Shown: one piece after another, positions 46,966-55,518 of the stretch | Layout of the letters: every line of letters starts with the position of its first letter | How positions within the stretch are numbered: position 1 is the first letter of the stretch | Program-made: the position numbers and the translations under genes | Notes under the pieces: model-generated | Told to the model about the DNA's origin: nothing | The model's database searches: none | The model's input: only the letters and a program-made list of their open reading frames with translations | From: an uncultured Candidatus Saccharibacteria bacterium | GTDB lineage: Bacteria; Patescibacteriota; UBA1384; CAILIB01; JAUSJZ01 | Length of the DNA stretch: 64,000 nt | NCBI GenBank assembly: GCA_964421635.1 | Contig: CAYQWZ010000004.1 | Location: 15,652-79,651, forward strand | Reading direction: 5' to 3'

Positions 46966-47042
46966 CGGGGAATGGCGCAGTTGGCTAGCGCGCCTGCTTT
47001 GGGAGCAGGAGGCCCCGGGTTCGAGTCCCGGTTCCCCGACCA
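46966..47042 (+). tRNA. tRNA-Pro (anticodon TGG)
   Basis: Acceptor CGGGGAA/TTCCCCG, anticodon stem CCTGC/GCAGG with loop TTTGGGA, T-arm CCGGGTTCGAGTCCCGG, and CCA encoded. Confidence 0.85.
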
Positions 47043-47094
47043 TAATAGAAGCAAATTATCCTGTTCGGGAAACGGTCGTCGTTTTACTCCAGCG

Positions 47095-47189
47095 CCTGCC
47101 TGCCGGTAGGCAGGGTAAAACGCGATCTGCTCTCTCACCTCATCAATTCTGAACTAACGTTCAGAAACCCCTGCCTGGCGGCAGGCAGG
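47095..47189. repeat. two further copies of the 20-bp GC palindrome embedded in nested inverted repeats
   Basis: CCTGCCTGCCGGTAGGCAGG at 47095-47114 is flanked by GTTTTAC/GTAAAAC arms. CCTGCCTGGCGGCAGGCAGG at 47169-47189 is flanked by CCTCATCAA/TTGATGAGG arms and contains the inner hairpin CTGAACTAACGTTCAG. Confidence 0.65.
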
Positions 47190-47309
47190 ATGTTTGATGA
47201 GGTTCCGAGGGCTTCCCTCACAGAATAATTTACTCCTTTAAATAGTCAACGAAGAATTAACTTAAAACAAAAACCCCTATTTCAAAGGGGCTTTTGTTTT
47301 TTTTATCCT

Positions 47310-49217
47310 CTAATAGTCGAGTCTCTTCCACGCCGAGCCATCACAGCCGTAGAATTCATTGCTTGAGTCAATTACTATTGCACCTCTGACAGCGCAAGCA
47401 TCTGTGGCTGAAATGTCTGAAACATCTTCAGGAACTTTAGTCGCAGTATCAGCCGTAAAAGCTAAGGCCGCTTTACCATCAATTGGTAAATATAACCCAT
47501 TGTGATCACCCCAACCCCAAGCTGTATTCCAATTGCCAATATCAGCAGTTGTTACTCCAGCAACAGCAGAACCTAAGAATATTGGATCATCTTCTGAAGT
47601 TAAATACGTCTGTAAATCACTAACCTGACTCTCCGTTATTGAAATACCTGTACTTTTATTCCAACCGCTAAATATTGGATCAATTTCAGTGAATCCCGAG
47701 AAATACTTATTGGTTGCACCTTCACTAAGATTGTCTGTGTTTAAACCGGACAGATCAGTTAAATACGTCTGTAAATCACTAACCTGACTCTCCGTTATTG
47801 AAATACCTGTACTTTTATTCCAACCGCTAAATATTGGATCTGATTCACTCTGCAAGGCGGTGGCAATTAAGCCGTGATTATAAGTTGATTCATGAGCACC
47901 AACTAAACCTGAAGCTGTCCCCACTAAATCATACAACCCCGCGTGATCACCCCAACCCCAAGCTGTATTCCAATTGCCAATATCAGCAGTTGTTACTCCA
48001 GCAACAGCAGAACCTAAGAATATTGGATCTGATTCACTCTGTAAGGCAGTAGCAATTAAACTATGATCGTAAGTTGCCTCGTGTGTAATCATCAAACCAG
48101 AAGCCGTCCCTGCTACCTCAAAATACAACGAATCATGTCCATCTAATAAATCCGAATCGGTTGCTTTACCGTTAAAACTATTGGCCGTAATAATATTAAC
48201 TCCGGTAATATCGTTGCCGCCCAAATCGATATTCCCTGTCATCGTACCACCTGCTAAAGCCAACTTACTATCTAAAGCCGCTTGCAATCCGGCTGTTTTA
48301 GCAATTGTCAAATCACCATCTGCAATGTTTAATTTACTGTAAACAATACCGGCAGCTGCATTGATATCACCATTCAGAATGCTACCATCTGCTATCTTCC
48401 CCGAAGTAACGGCATCTGGGGAAATAGTTATAACTCCTGTGGTCGCAATAGTAGTATCACCACTCATAGGTACATAAGTTGGCACACCAGAACCGTTGGC
48501 CACAATAATATAACCAGAGGTGGTGGAAGCTAGCTTTGATAAACCGATCCCTGCCAAACTACTAATATCTTCGTTTACTATGCTACCGTTAACAACTTTG
48601 ATTGAATTAACTGAATCATCAGCTAACTTAGCTGTTGTTACCGCTCCGTCAGCTAATTTAGCGGTAGTTATACTCCCATCGGTAATTGAGTCACCGACAA
48701 CACTTCCACTCGGTAGTTCGACAACACCGTTGACTTGTAACCCACCGTGAAATAAAGCGTCTGATTGAATCTCAACTTTTTTCTTACTATTTAGCTTGAC
48801 TGTATCGTTAGAAAAGATTACCAAATCACCATTATCATAAATAGTACTGCCATTATCTTGATCGCCTTGGGTTAACTGTAATTGTCCCTTGACTCGCAAA
48901 TCATTCTTAACATTTACCCGACTGCTCGCGTTTAGAAACAGGTAATTATCAGTAGCCAATGTCAAATCACCATTGTCTTCAATTTTGGAGCCACCTTGGC
49001 CAAAGTCAAGACTATTACCACTAAGATTGACCCTCCCAAAAATGTTAGTTTGTCCAAATAACGTACTGCCATTATTAACCAAAATACCGCTATTAAAAGC
49101 GGTTGGTGGTGCAACATTTCTTCTTATAATTGCTGCTTTTGTTTGTCCGCTACCAATCAGCAACATGATCAACGCTCCTGATATGATCCCTAAATATTTA
49201 CAAAATTCTTTTTTCAT
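47310..49217 (-). CDS. large secreted repeat-containing surface protein (tail-fibre/adhesin-like)
   Basis: Signal peptide, Gly/Asn/Thr-rich beta-strand repeats (DGSITTAKLADGAVTTAKLADDSVNS), duplicated modules ESTYNHGLIATALQSESDPIF and SGWNKSTGISITESQVSDLQTYLT, and a C-terminal Cys pair (ACAVRG..YGCDGSAWKRL). Confidence 0.55.
   Translation of the reverse strand: MKKEFCKYLGIISGALIMLLIGSGQTKAAIIRRNVAPPTAFNSGILVNNGSTLFGQTNIFGRVNLSGNSLDFGQGGSKIEDNGDLTLATDNYLFLNASSRVNVKNDLRVKGQLQLTQGDQDNGSTIYDNGDLVIFSNDTVKLNSKKKVEIQSDALFHGGLQVNGVVELPSGSVVGDSITDGSITTAKLADGAVTTAKLADDSVNSIKVVNGSIVNEDISSLAGIGLSKLASTTSGYIIVANGSGVPTYVPMSGDTTIATTGVITISPDAVTSGKIADGSILNGDINAAAGIVYSKLNIADGDLTIAKTAGLQAALDSKLALAGGTMTGNIDLGGNDITGVNIITANSFNGKATDSDLLDGHDSLYFEVAGTASGLMITHEATYDHSLIATALQSESDPIFLGSAVAGVTTADIGNWNTAWGWGDHAGLYDLVGTASGLVGAHESTYNHGLIATALQSESDPIFSGWNKSTGISITESQVSDLQTYLTDLSGLNTDNLSEGATNKYFSGFTEIDPIFSGWNKSTGISITESQVSDLQTYLTSEDDPIFLGSAVAGVTTADIGNWNTAWGWGDHNGLYLPIDGKAALAFTADTATKVPEDVSDISATDACAVRGAIVIDSSNEFYGCDGSAWKRLDY
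47599..47840. repeat. identical 83-nt intragenic tandem repeat units (47599-47681 and 47758-47840), plus a second ~86-nt pair at 47503-47588 and 47943-48029
   Basis: Direct sequence identity: GTTAAATACGTCTGTAAATCACTAACCTGACTCTCCGTTATTGAAATACC...GGATC appears twice, and GTGATCACCCCAACCCCAAGCTGTATTCC...GGATC appears twice. Confidence 0.8.
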
Positions 49218-49432
49218 AAGATCTTTTTCATAACTTTAGTATGAATGTCATACAATTTATGATTTTATTACTTAATAGATATATATATACTACCATACTG
49301 ACTATTGGTACTGTGGATAACTAGAGTCCATTCTCATTATGCTAAAATACAAGCGTTTTGACTTTTCGTAGTACAACTTTCTTTCCAAACAACAGTAATT
49401 ATGCTATAGTTTTTTTTGCATTGTTATATTTA

Positions 49433-49509
49433 GCGCCCGTAGCTCAGTTGGATAGAGCGTCTGGCTTCGGACCAGAAGGTCGGGAGTTCAAATCTCTCCG
49501 GGCGTACCA
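49433..49509 (+). tRNA. tRNA-Arg (anticodon TCG)
   Basis: Acceptor GCGCCCG/CGGGCGT, anticodon stem TCTGG/CCAGA with loop CTTCGGA, and T-arm GGGAGTTCAAATCTCTC. CCA is encoded. Confidence 0.8.
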
Positions 49510-49527
49510 AAGATACCGCCATTAGCA

Positions 49528-50031
49528 TTAAGAGATAGCAGTCGGCGGTTTTTTGTTATTCGCTTTAAATGTTTTATTTACAGCAATCGTTAAACCAATT
49601 AAACGACCAACTGCTACTCCAATAAGTAGAGAGAAAGAGAAAGCTAAAACATGAGCAACATTATGATGATATATTTCTTCTGCATAAAAGTATAAAGCTC
49701 GTCTTAATAAGATATATAAAATAAGGATTATGATTCCATTTCTATCATATCTTTTTGCCATCATGAATTCTTTTTCCGGATCCCAATCTAATTTATATAT
49801 TTTAGATAATCCTATACCAATAAAAAGTCCAATGACTATTAGGGTAAAAACCAAACCCAGAGAGGTAGTGCCCATGAATACATCCCAGACGACCACGACC
49901 GTAGCAATTCCTAAAATAATCATTGTGAACCACAGCCTGATTACAATACGACGGTGTAATTTATCTTGAGTATGCAGCTCGTGCGTTTTTTTAATGCTAT
50001 CTGTGATATTTTGAATGCTTCGTTTTAACAT
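49528..50031 (-). CDS. hypothetical membrane protein
   Basis: 167 aa with four hydrophobic helices and no motif. Confidence 0.4.
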   Translation of the reverse strand: MLKRSIQNITDSIKKTHELHTQDKLHRRIVIRLWFTMIILGIATVVVVWDVFMGTTSLGLVFTLIVIGLFIGIGLSKIYKLDWDPEKEFMMAKRYDRNGIIILILYILLRRALYFYAEEIYHHNVAHVLAFSFSLLIGVAVGRLIGLTIAVNKTFKANNKKPPTAIS

Positions 50032-50153
50032 ACTTTTTATAATACATCCATTCTGTACAATCAGATATACTTAATTTGTGAAACTGCATAAGTTTTTGTA
50101 GCCTTTACCCTTGAAAAACAGGTATATTAGTGATAGGTTTGTTAAGTGTAAAT

Positions 50154-50228
50154 GCGGGTGTAGCACAATGGCTAGTGCACGAGCCTTCCAAGCTTGTGAT
50201 GGCGGTTCGATTCCGCTCACCCGCTCCA
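50154..50228 (+). tRNA. tRNA-Gly (anticodon TCC)
   Basis: Acceptor GCGGGTG/CACCCGC, anticodon loop CTTCCAA, T-arm GGTTCGATTCC, and CCA encoded. It is the first of a five-tRNA cluster. Confidence 0.85.
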
Positions 50229-50231
50229 TGT

Positions 50232-50309
50232 GGTGGTTGTAGCTCAACTGGTTAGAGCGCCGGGTTGTGGTCCCGGAGGTTGTGGGTTCAAGTCCCATCA
50301 TCCACCCCA
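50232..50309 (+). tRNA. tRNA-His (anticodon GTG) with encoded G-1
   Basis: An extra 5' G precedes acceptor GTGGTTG/CATCCAC. Anticodon stem CCGGG/CCCGG with loop TTGTGGT, T-arm GTGGGTTCAAGTCCCAT, and CCA encoded. Confidence 0.8.
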
Positions 50310-50317
50310 GAAAATTT

Positions 50318-50394
50318 GCTCTCGTAGCTCAACAGGATAGAGCAACTCCCTTCTAAGGAGTAGGTTGCAAGTTCGAGTCTTGCCGAGAGTACCA
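50318..50394 (+). tRNA. tRNA-Arg (anticodon TCT)
   Basis: Acceptor GCTCTCG/CGAGAGT, anticodon stem ACTCC/GGAGT with loop CTTCTAA, T-arm GCAAGTTCGAGTCTTGC, and CCA encoded. Confidence 0.8.
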
Positions 50395-50406
50395 ATTAAT
50401 AGTTTA

Positions 50407-50482
50407 GGATCGCTAGCTCAATTGGTAGAGCAGAGGCCTCTTAAGCCTAAGGTTCCGGGTTCAAGTCCCGGGCGGTCCACCA
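50407..50482 (+). tRNA. tRNA-Lys (anticodon CTT)
   Basis: Acceptor GGATCGC/GCGGTCC, anticodon loop CTCTTAA, T-arm CCGGGTTCAAGTCCCGG, and CCA encoded. Confidence 0.8.
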
Positions 50483-50493
50483 AAAGCCACCGT

Positions 50494-50568
50494 GGCCCTA
50501 TCGTCTAATGGTTAGGACGCCAGATTTTCAATCTGGTAATCGGGGTTCAATTCCCCGTAGGGCTACCA
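50494..50568 (+). tRNA. tRNA-Glu (anticodon TTC)
   Basis: Acceptor GGCCCTA/TAGGGCT, anticodon stem CCAGA/TCTGG with loop TTTTCAA, T-arm CGGGGTTCAATTCCCCG, and CCA encoded. Confidence 0.8.
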
Positions 50569-50577
50569 AAAGAATAA

Positions 50578-51333
50578 TTAGTTTGATCGGGCAATGTTTT
50601 GTTGAGTAAGAAAGGCTTCAAAATCATCAATCTGACTATTCATATCATCTAAAACTTGATTTGCTCGCTGGATGCTTGCTTCACTTCCATAACGAATATA
50701 GCTGAGAATATTTTCAAAATCACTATTAGTCCGACTATCTTCTGTTTCGCCGACCGCTTGTTCTAGCTGTGTGAATTGATCCTTCATACTTGAAAATTGT
50801 TCCCGAAATACTCCCGTTCTCTTTTCAACTGATTCCAACAATCTCTCAAATTGTTGTAGAAGTTTAGGGCTACTAATTATTAATAAGGATTTTCTGATTC
50901 CTTTTAATCTTTCAGATAGTGCTTCTGCTCTCTCTTGAATTGCTTCCCATTTATCTAATATTTTTCTAAATTCAACTTCAAAAACATGCCTTATTTTTTC
51001 TGGAGTTACATCTTCTTCTCCTAAATCTTCTTCCAATACAGCATTGACCTTTCCTATAACTAAAGGAGCAATTGTAGCTTGTGATCTATCTGGCTCTTGA
51101 TCGATAAAATATTGGTAATACTTCAGCTCTTGGTTTAACCAAATTCGTAGATCATTATTAAGCACATTCTCTGAAGATGAATAAACTGTTTTTCCCTCTA
51201 ATATATTAATCAAAGCTACAGCATCGGATCGCCAATCTCCGGTAACTTCAAACATCTCGAGTTGTTCTTTTATGTTTTCATATGAATCTTCCAGCGAGGA
51301 CTCTTGCTCATTGAGTTTTTCTTGATCGGTCAT
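50578..51333 (-). CDS. hypothetical acidic coiled-coil protein
   Basis: 251 aa, glutamate-rich with heptad character and no motif. Confidence 0.4.
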   Translation of the reverse strand: MTDQEKLNEQESSLEDSYENIKEQLEMFEVTGDWRSDAVALINILEGKTVYSSSENVLNNDLRIWLNQELKYYQYFIDQEPDRSQATIAPLVIGKVNAVLEEDLGEEDVTPEKIRHVFEVEFRKILDKWEAIQERAEALSERLKGIRKSLLIISSPKLLQQFERLLESVEKRTGVFREQFSSMKDQFTQLEQAVGETEDSRTNSDFENILSYIRYGSEASIQRANQVLDDMNSQIDDFEAFLTQQNIARSN

Positions 51334-51412
51334 AATAAAAATTATTTATCTAAAAACAGTATATCACCTGCAACAGTAGTTAATTGCTCACTTTTGGTTT
51401 AATATTAATTTA

Positions 51413-53635
51413 GTGGGGCGAAAAATTCACAAGATGATTAGAAAGAGTATCTACCAACTGTTTAGCGGCAGTCTGGCATTAATACTCTTTTTTTCTTTAT
51501 CCTTCTTAATATTATGGATTGATGCCAGCTCTTCCGAATCTTTAATTGATACTTTTAGAAATAGACACATACCCCAAACAACTTTATACACAGACTCGCA
51601 AGGTAATATTTTATATGAAAGTTATTTAGAAGAACGGCGCACCATTGTGCCACTAACAAAAATTGACACAGATTTACAGCAAGCCATTATTGCCGCCGAA
51701 GATAAAAACTTTTATAAACATGTCGGGGTTGATCCTTCGGCAATTTTACGAGCAGCGCTTAGCAACACGCGCAATTGGCTAGACATAGATAGTAAGGATT
51801 CAATTCAAGGCGGCTCAACTATCACTCAACAATTAGTCAAAAACACTTTACTTGATTCACAAAAAACTATTCAGCGAAAAATTAAAGAAGCAATTTTGGC
51901 TTTTCAGCTAGAGCTGAACTACTCTAAAAAAATGATTTTAGAAAGTTACCTAAACCAAGTAGGATTCGGAAATCAAGCCTTCGGCGCTCAAGAAGCGGCT
52001 AAAACATATTTTAACAAAGATGCTAGCAATTTAACCCTCTCTGAAAGTGCTCTGTTAGCAGCCCTGCCTCAATTGCCTAGTTATTATTCTCCCTTCGGTA
52101 ATCACCAAGAAAAGCTCTTCGCTCGCAAAGATTACATTTTAGATCAAATGGTAGAGCTGAAATATATTAGTGCCAAAGAAGCACAAATAGCAAAAGCCGA
52201 AGCGCCTACACATGAAAATCCTTCTTTTTATAACAGAAGCATAGATATTCGAGCACCGCATGTAGTGTGGTCAGCTAAAGACGAACTACTAAAAAGACTG
52301 GGCGGAGACATAGAAGCAGAAGAGAGTTTAGCGCAAAGTGGCTATGTTGTTAAAACCACCATAGATGCGGAAGCTCAGAAACTAGCCGAAACGATTTTGA
52401 AAGATCATCAGCGACGACTAGCTAGCTATGGCGCTACAAACGCTTCGCTCATTGCTATTGATGTAGCTACGGGAAATGTAATAGCACTGGTCGGTAGCAT
52501 TGATTATTTTAATACTGCTTGGGGAAATGTAAATGTTGCAGCTAGACCCAGACAGCCGGGCTCCGCTTTTAAACCAATTATTTATACCACCGCTTTTATG
52601 AACGGATATAATCCTAACTCAATAATTTCTGACTCCCCCGTTCGCTACATCTTGTCTAAAAAAGATGTTTATGAACCTAAGAACTACGATGGCACTTTTC
52701 GCGGCAATGTCACTATTGCTCAAGCCCTTAATCAATCACTTAATATTCCGGCGGTGAAAATTTTAGCTGATATTGGCACAGACAGCGTAGCTGAAACTGC
52801 TAATTATTTAGGAATAACTTTGCCAGAAAATGATGAGTACGGATTAAGCATGGCTCTGGGCGCCTATGAAGTAAGACTCGACGAGCTGACCAATGCTTTC
52901 GCAATTTTAGGCAATGGTGGGTTATGGCACGAAATAAATTATGTTCAAGAAGTGATTAGTAAAGATAACCATGAAATTACTGACCTCATACAAAAAGATT
53001 TACCTGATGTTTTTTCGGTTGATCCGGAGATTGCATTTACCCTGTCGAAAACCTTGGCTAATACAAAACTTGAAACTGCTGTTTTTGGCACCAGCCTAAT
53101 GGTCTCTAATCGCGAGGTAGCAGTAAAAACAGGAACATCGCAAGATTTTAAAGACGCTTGGACGGTCGGCTACTCCCCGCAAATTGCAGTCGGAGTTTGG
53201 GTCGGCAATAACAGCGGTCGACCAATGAGATACGGTTCTCCAGGTGCAACAGTGGCTGCTCCAATTTGGCGAGAGTTTATGCAAAAATATTTAGTCGATA
53301 AGCCTGTTTTAACCTTTCTACCACCAACTGCTGAAACTAAATTCTTAGCTCATAACTCAACCACCAAACAAAAGATTGAAGAAGAGAAATGTCAATACTC
53401 TATTAAAAATATTATTAACACTCTTTTAGATAATTCCGAAGAGTGTGAGAGTAAAACAAATGCTAACAAAGTAATTGCCGGAAACATTGAAGATAATGAA
53501 TTAAATCAAACAGATGTTCCAGCAGAGCCAATCGACAATCAACAAGCGGTTATTAAACCATTTTTAATACAAGAGTTTGAACCTTTTTGGCAACCACCAA
53601 ATAAAACCAATGAGACTGGTTTTCATCTGTTATAA
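51413..53635 (+). CDS. class A penicillin-binding protein (PBP1A; glycosyltransferase + transpeptidase)
   Basis: N-terminal TM anchor, GT51 motifs (AAEDKNFYKHVG, GGSTITQQLVKN), and transpeptidase SxxK (GSAFKP), SxN and KTGT (VKTGTSQD). Confidence 0.9.
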   Translation: MGRKIHKMIRKSIYQLFSGSLALILFFSLSFLILWIDASSSESLIDTFRNRHIPQTTLYTDSQGNILYESYLEERRTIVPLTKIDTDLQQAIIAAEDKNFYKHVGVDPSAILRAALSNTRNWLDIDSKDSIQGGSTITQQLVKNTLLDSQKTIQRKIKEAILAFQLELNYSKKMILESYLNQVGFGNQAFGAQEAAKTYFNKDASNLTLSESALLAALPQLPSYYSPFGNHQEKLFARKDYILDQMVELKYISAKEAQIAKAEAPTHENPSFYNRSIDIRAPHVVWSAKDELLKRLGGDIEAEESLAQSGYVVKTTIDAEAQKLAETILKDHQRRLASYGATNASLIAIDVATGNVIALVGSIDYFNTAWGNVNVAARPRQPGSAFKPIIYTTAFMNGYNPNSIISDSPVRYILSKKDVYEPKNYDGTFRGNVTIAQALNQSLNIPAVKILADIGTDSVAETANYLGITLPENDEYGLSMALGAYEVRLDELTNAFAILGNGGLWHEINYVQEVISKDNHEITDLIQKDLPDVFSVDPEIAFTLSKTLANTKLETAVFGTSLMVSNREVAVKTGTSQDFKDAWTVGYSPQIAVGVWVGNNSGRPMRYGSPGATVAAPIWREFMQKYLVDKPVLTFLPPTAETKFLAHNSTTKQKIEEEKCQYSIKNIINTLLDNSEECESKTNANKVIAGNIEDNELNQTDVPAEPIDNQQAVIKPFLIQEFEPFWQPPNKTNETGFHLL

Positions 53636-53643
53636 TAATTGAG

Positions 53644-54375
53644 ATGGATAAAGGAGGAGATCTACCAAATAAGCAGGATTTTAATTTTGCCCACGATACT
53701 AACTGGCGGATTTTTCGTATTATGGCAGAATTCGTTGACGGATTTACTTTTCTTTCTCAATACAAACGCACAGTAACAGTTTTCGGTTCATCTCGCTTTG
53801 ATGAAAATAATAATTACTACCAAAAAGCAACAACTCTATCAAATATGTTAGCCAAAGATGGTTACACTATTGTTACAGGTGGTGGGCCAGGAATTATGGA
53901 AGCAGCCAATAAAGGTGCCAAGGAAGGCAAAGGCCAGTCAGTAGGATTGAACATTCAATTACCTAATGAGCAAAGGACTAATGCCTATGTTACAAATTCA
54001 GAAGCTTTTAATTATTTTTACACCAGAAAGGTAATGCTCTCTTTTGCTGCCGAAGCTTATATATATTTTCCAGGAGGCTTCGGCACCTTAGACGAACTTT
54101 TTGAAATCCTTAATTTAGAGGCAACTGGAAAAATTGAGCAGCATATTCCTATTATTTTATTTGGCAAAGATTTTTGGCATCCATTAGTAGAATGGATAAA
54201 AAGATCTTTAGTTGAGCAACACGAAACAGTCAGTCAGAAAGATTTCGAAGCCATGCAAATTGTTGACACAATTGAAGACGCTTACCATATTATTAAAACC
54301 TGCAAACCTCGCAACATTCATCCGGCTGAGAGTGAATATAAATCATTAGACGAAAAAACTGGCGGAGAACAGTAA
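53644..54375 (+). CDS. LOG-family protein (TIGR00730 Rossmann-fold nucleotide-binding/phosphoribohydrolase)
   Basis: Motifs VFGSSRF, TGGGPGIMEAANKGA and PGGFGTLDELFE. Confidence 0.85.
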   Translation: MDKGGDLPNKQDFNFAHDTNWRIFRIMAEFVDGFTFLSQYKRTVTVFGSSRFDENNNYYQKATTLSNMLAKDGYTIVTGGGPGIMEAANKGAKEGKGQSVGLNIQLPNEQRTNAYVTNSEAFNYFYTRKVMLSFAAEAYIYFPGGFGTLDELFEILNLEATGKIEQHIPIILFGKDFWHPLVEWIKRSLVEQHETVSQKDFEAMQIVDTIEDAYHIIKTCKPRNIHPAESEYKSLDEKTGGEQ

Positions 54376-54376
54376 T

Positions 54377-55504
54377 ATGCAATCCTTCTGGCCTTCACGA
54401 GAAGAGTTCTTAAGCCGACCAAAAAGGGTCTCTCGTTTTTTTGTAATCCTTTTTATTTTTTCAGCCACGCTCAATGCGCTACTAGGATTCACTTATTTAT
54501 ATCGGGAGACAGCTTGGCAAACGCAAAAATCGAAGTATGAACAATTAGTACAGTCAAACTTAGATTTAGCTAATGAATACAAGGCCGAGAGAGATGATTT
54601 ACAGGTTTCGGTAGCTGAAAAGAATGTTCAGTTAACAAAGCTTAACCAAGAGTTGAAAACAGCACGGAATGAATTGGCCAAAGCTGAACAGAGTCTAGCA
54701 ACCCTGAACGATCGGATTAAGCTGCAAGAAGCTCAGCTAGCTTCAAACAGTGATGAGCTAGAATCTCTTCGCGGTCGCCCACCTTTATTTAAAGTTGAAT
54801 CGCTAACCTCGCGTGATGTTACTGCCGATAAAGCTGAGGTTCGGTCAATAGTTGAAAGCGCCTACGATGTGATTGATTCTGTTTATGGAAATCCTTATTT
54901 ACTAAACCAAATTACTATTAACTTCGTTGATAGTTTTAATATTGCTGGCGCAGTCGGTGAAATTAGTATCGCTAACTCCGAAGCTGGCATAGAAATTACT
55001 ATCAAGCTTCGAAATTTTGATAAAGATTCTAGTAATGATGTGAACACAATTGTGCACGAGATAATTCACGGATTTCACGGTATCGCCGCTTTGAACGCGC
55101 CCGTACTTGAAGAAGGCATCACGGTTGCAGCCACCGATGTGGTCATGCGCAAGATGTATGAACAGGGAATAATAAACTTTAATGACCCCTATATTACCAT
55201 TAGCGATGAAATAGCTAGTCAAATTAATTCGTCATATAGCACGCCTAGTGGCAACAGCAGTTTTTATTCTAGTTCCAATGTCGGTGTTTATTATCAATTA
55301 GCCGGATGGTCTTGGTATCAACTCTACGAAGAAGACGCTAACTTCTTTAAGAATTTCAACAACTCACTTTATAATCTTGTGCAAAATGGTACTAGAGTTT
55401 CTGCTAGCGGTGTACGCAACTTAATAAAAAACACTGTTAATTCAGCCAACTCTCAAAGCATCTCTGATTTCGTTAGCTCGCAAATTTCTTTTAATCCTTC
55501 TTAA
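54377..55504 (+). CDS. membrane-anchored coiled-coil protein with HExxH motif (putative zinc metallopeptidase-like)
   Basis: N-terminal TM helix, ~120-aa coiled coil, then VHEIIHGFHG (HExxH with a downstream His). Confidence 0.4.
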   Translation: MQSFWPSREEFLSRPKRVSRFFVILFIFSATLNALLGFTYLYRETAWQTQKSKYEQLVQSNLDLANEYKAERDDLQVSVAEKNVQLTKLNQELKTARNELAKAEQSLATLNDRIKLQEAQLASNSDELESLRGRPPLFKVESLTSRDVTADKAEVRSIVESAYDVIDSVYGNPYLLNQITINFVDSFNIAGAVGEISIANSEAGIEITIKLRNFDKDSSNDVNTIVHEIIHGFHGIAALNAPVLEEGITVAATDVVMRKMYEQGIINFNDPYITISDEIASQINSSYSTPSGNSSFYSSSNVGVYYQLAGWSWYQLYEEDANFFKNFNNSLYNLVQNGTRVSASGVRNLIKNTVNSANSQSISDFVSSQISFNPS

Positions 55505-55518
55505 GATCTTTTTTTAGT

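Noticed and set aside
46887-47152. ORFs of 83 aa (-) and 64 aa (+)
   Set aside because: They overlap tRNA-Pro and the nested inverted-repeat element. They are spurious.
50071-50301. 76-aa minus-strand ORF
   Set aside because: It is antisense to the tRNA-Gly and tRNA-His genes.
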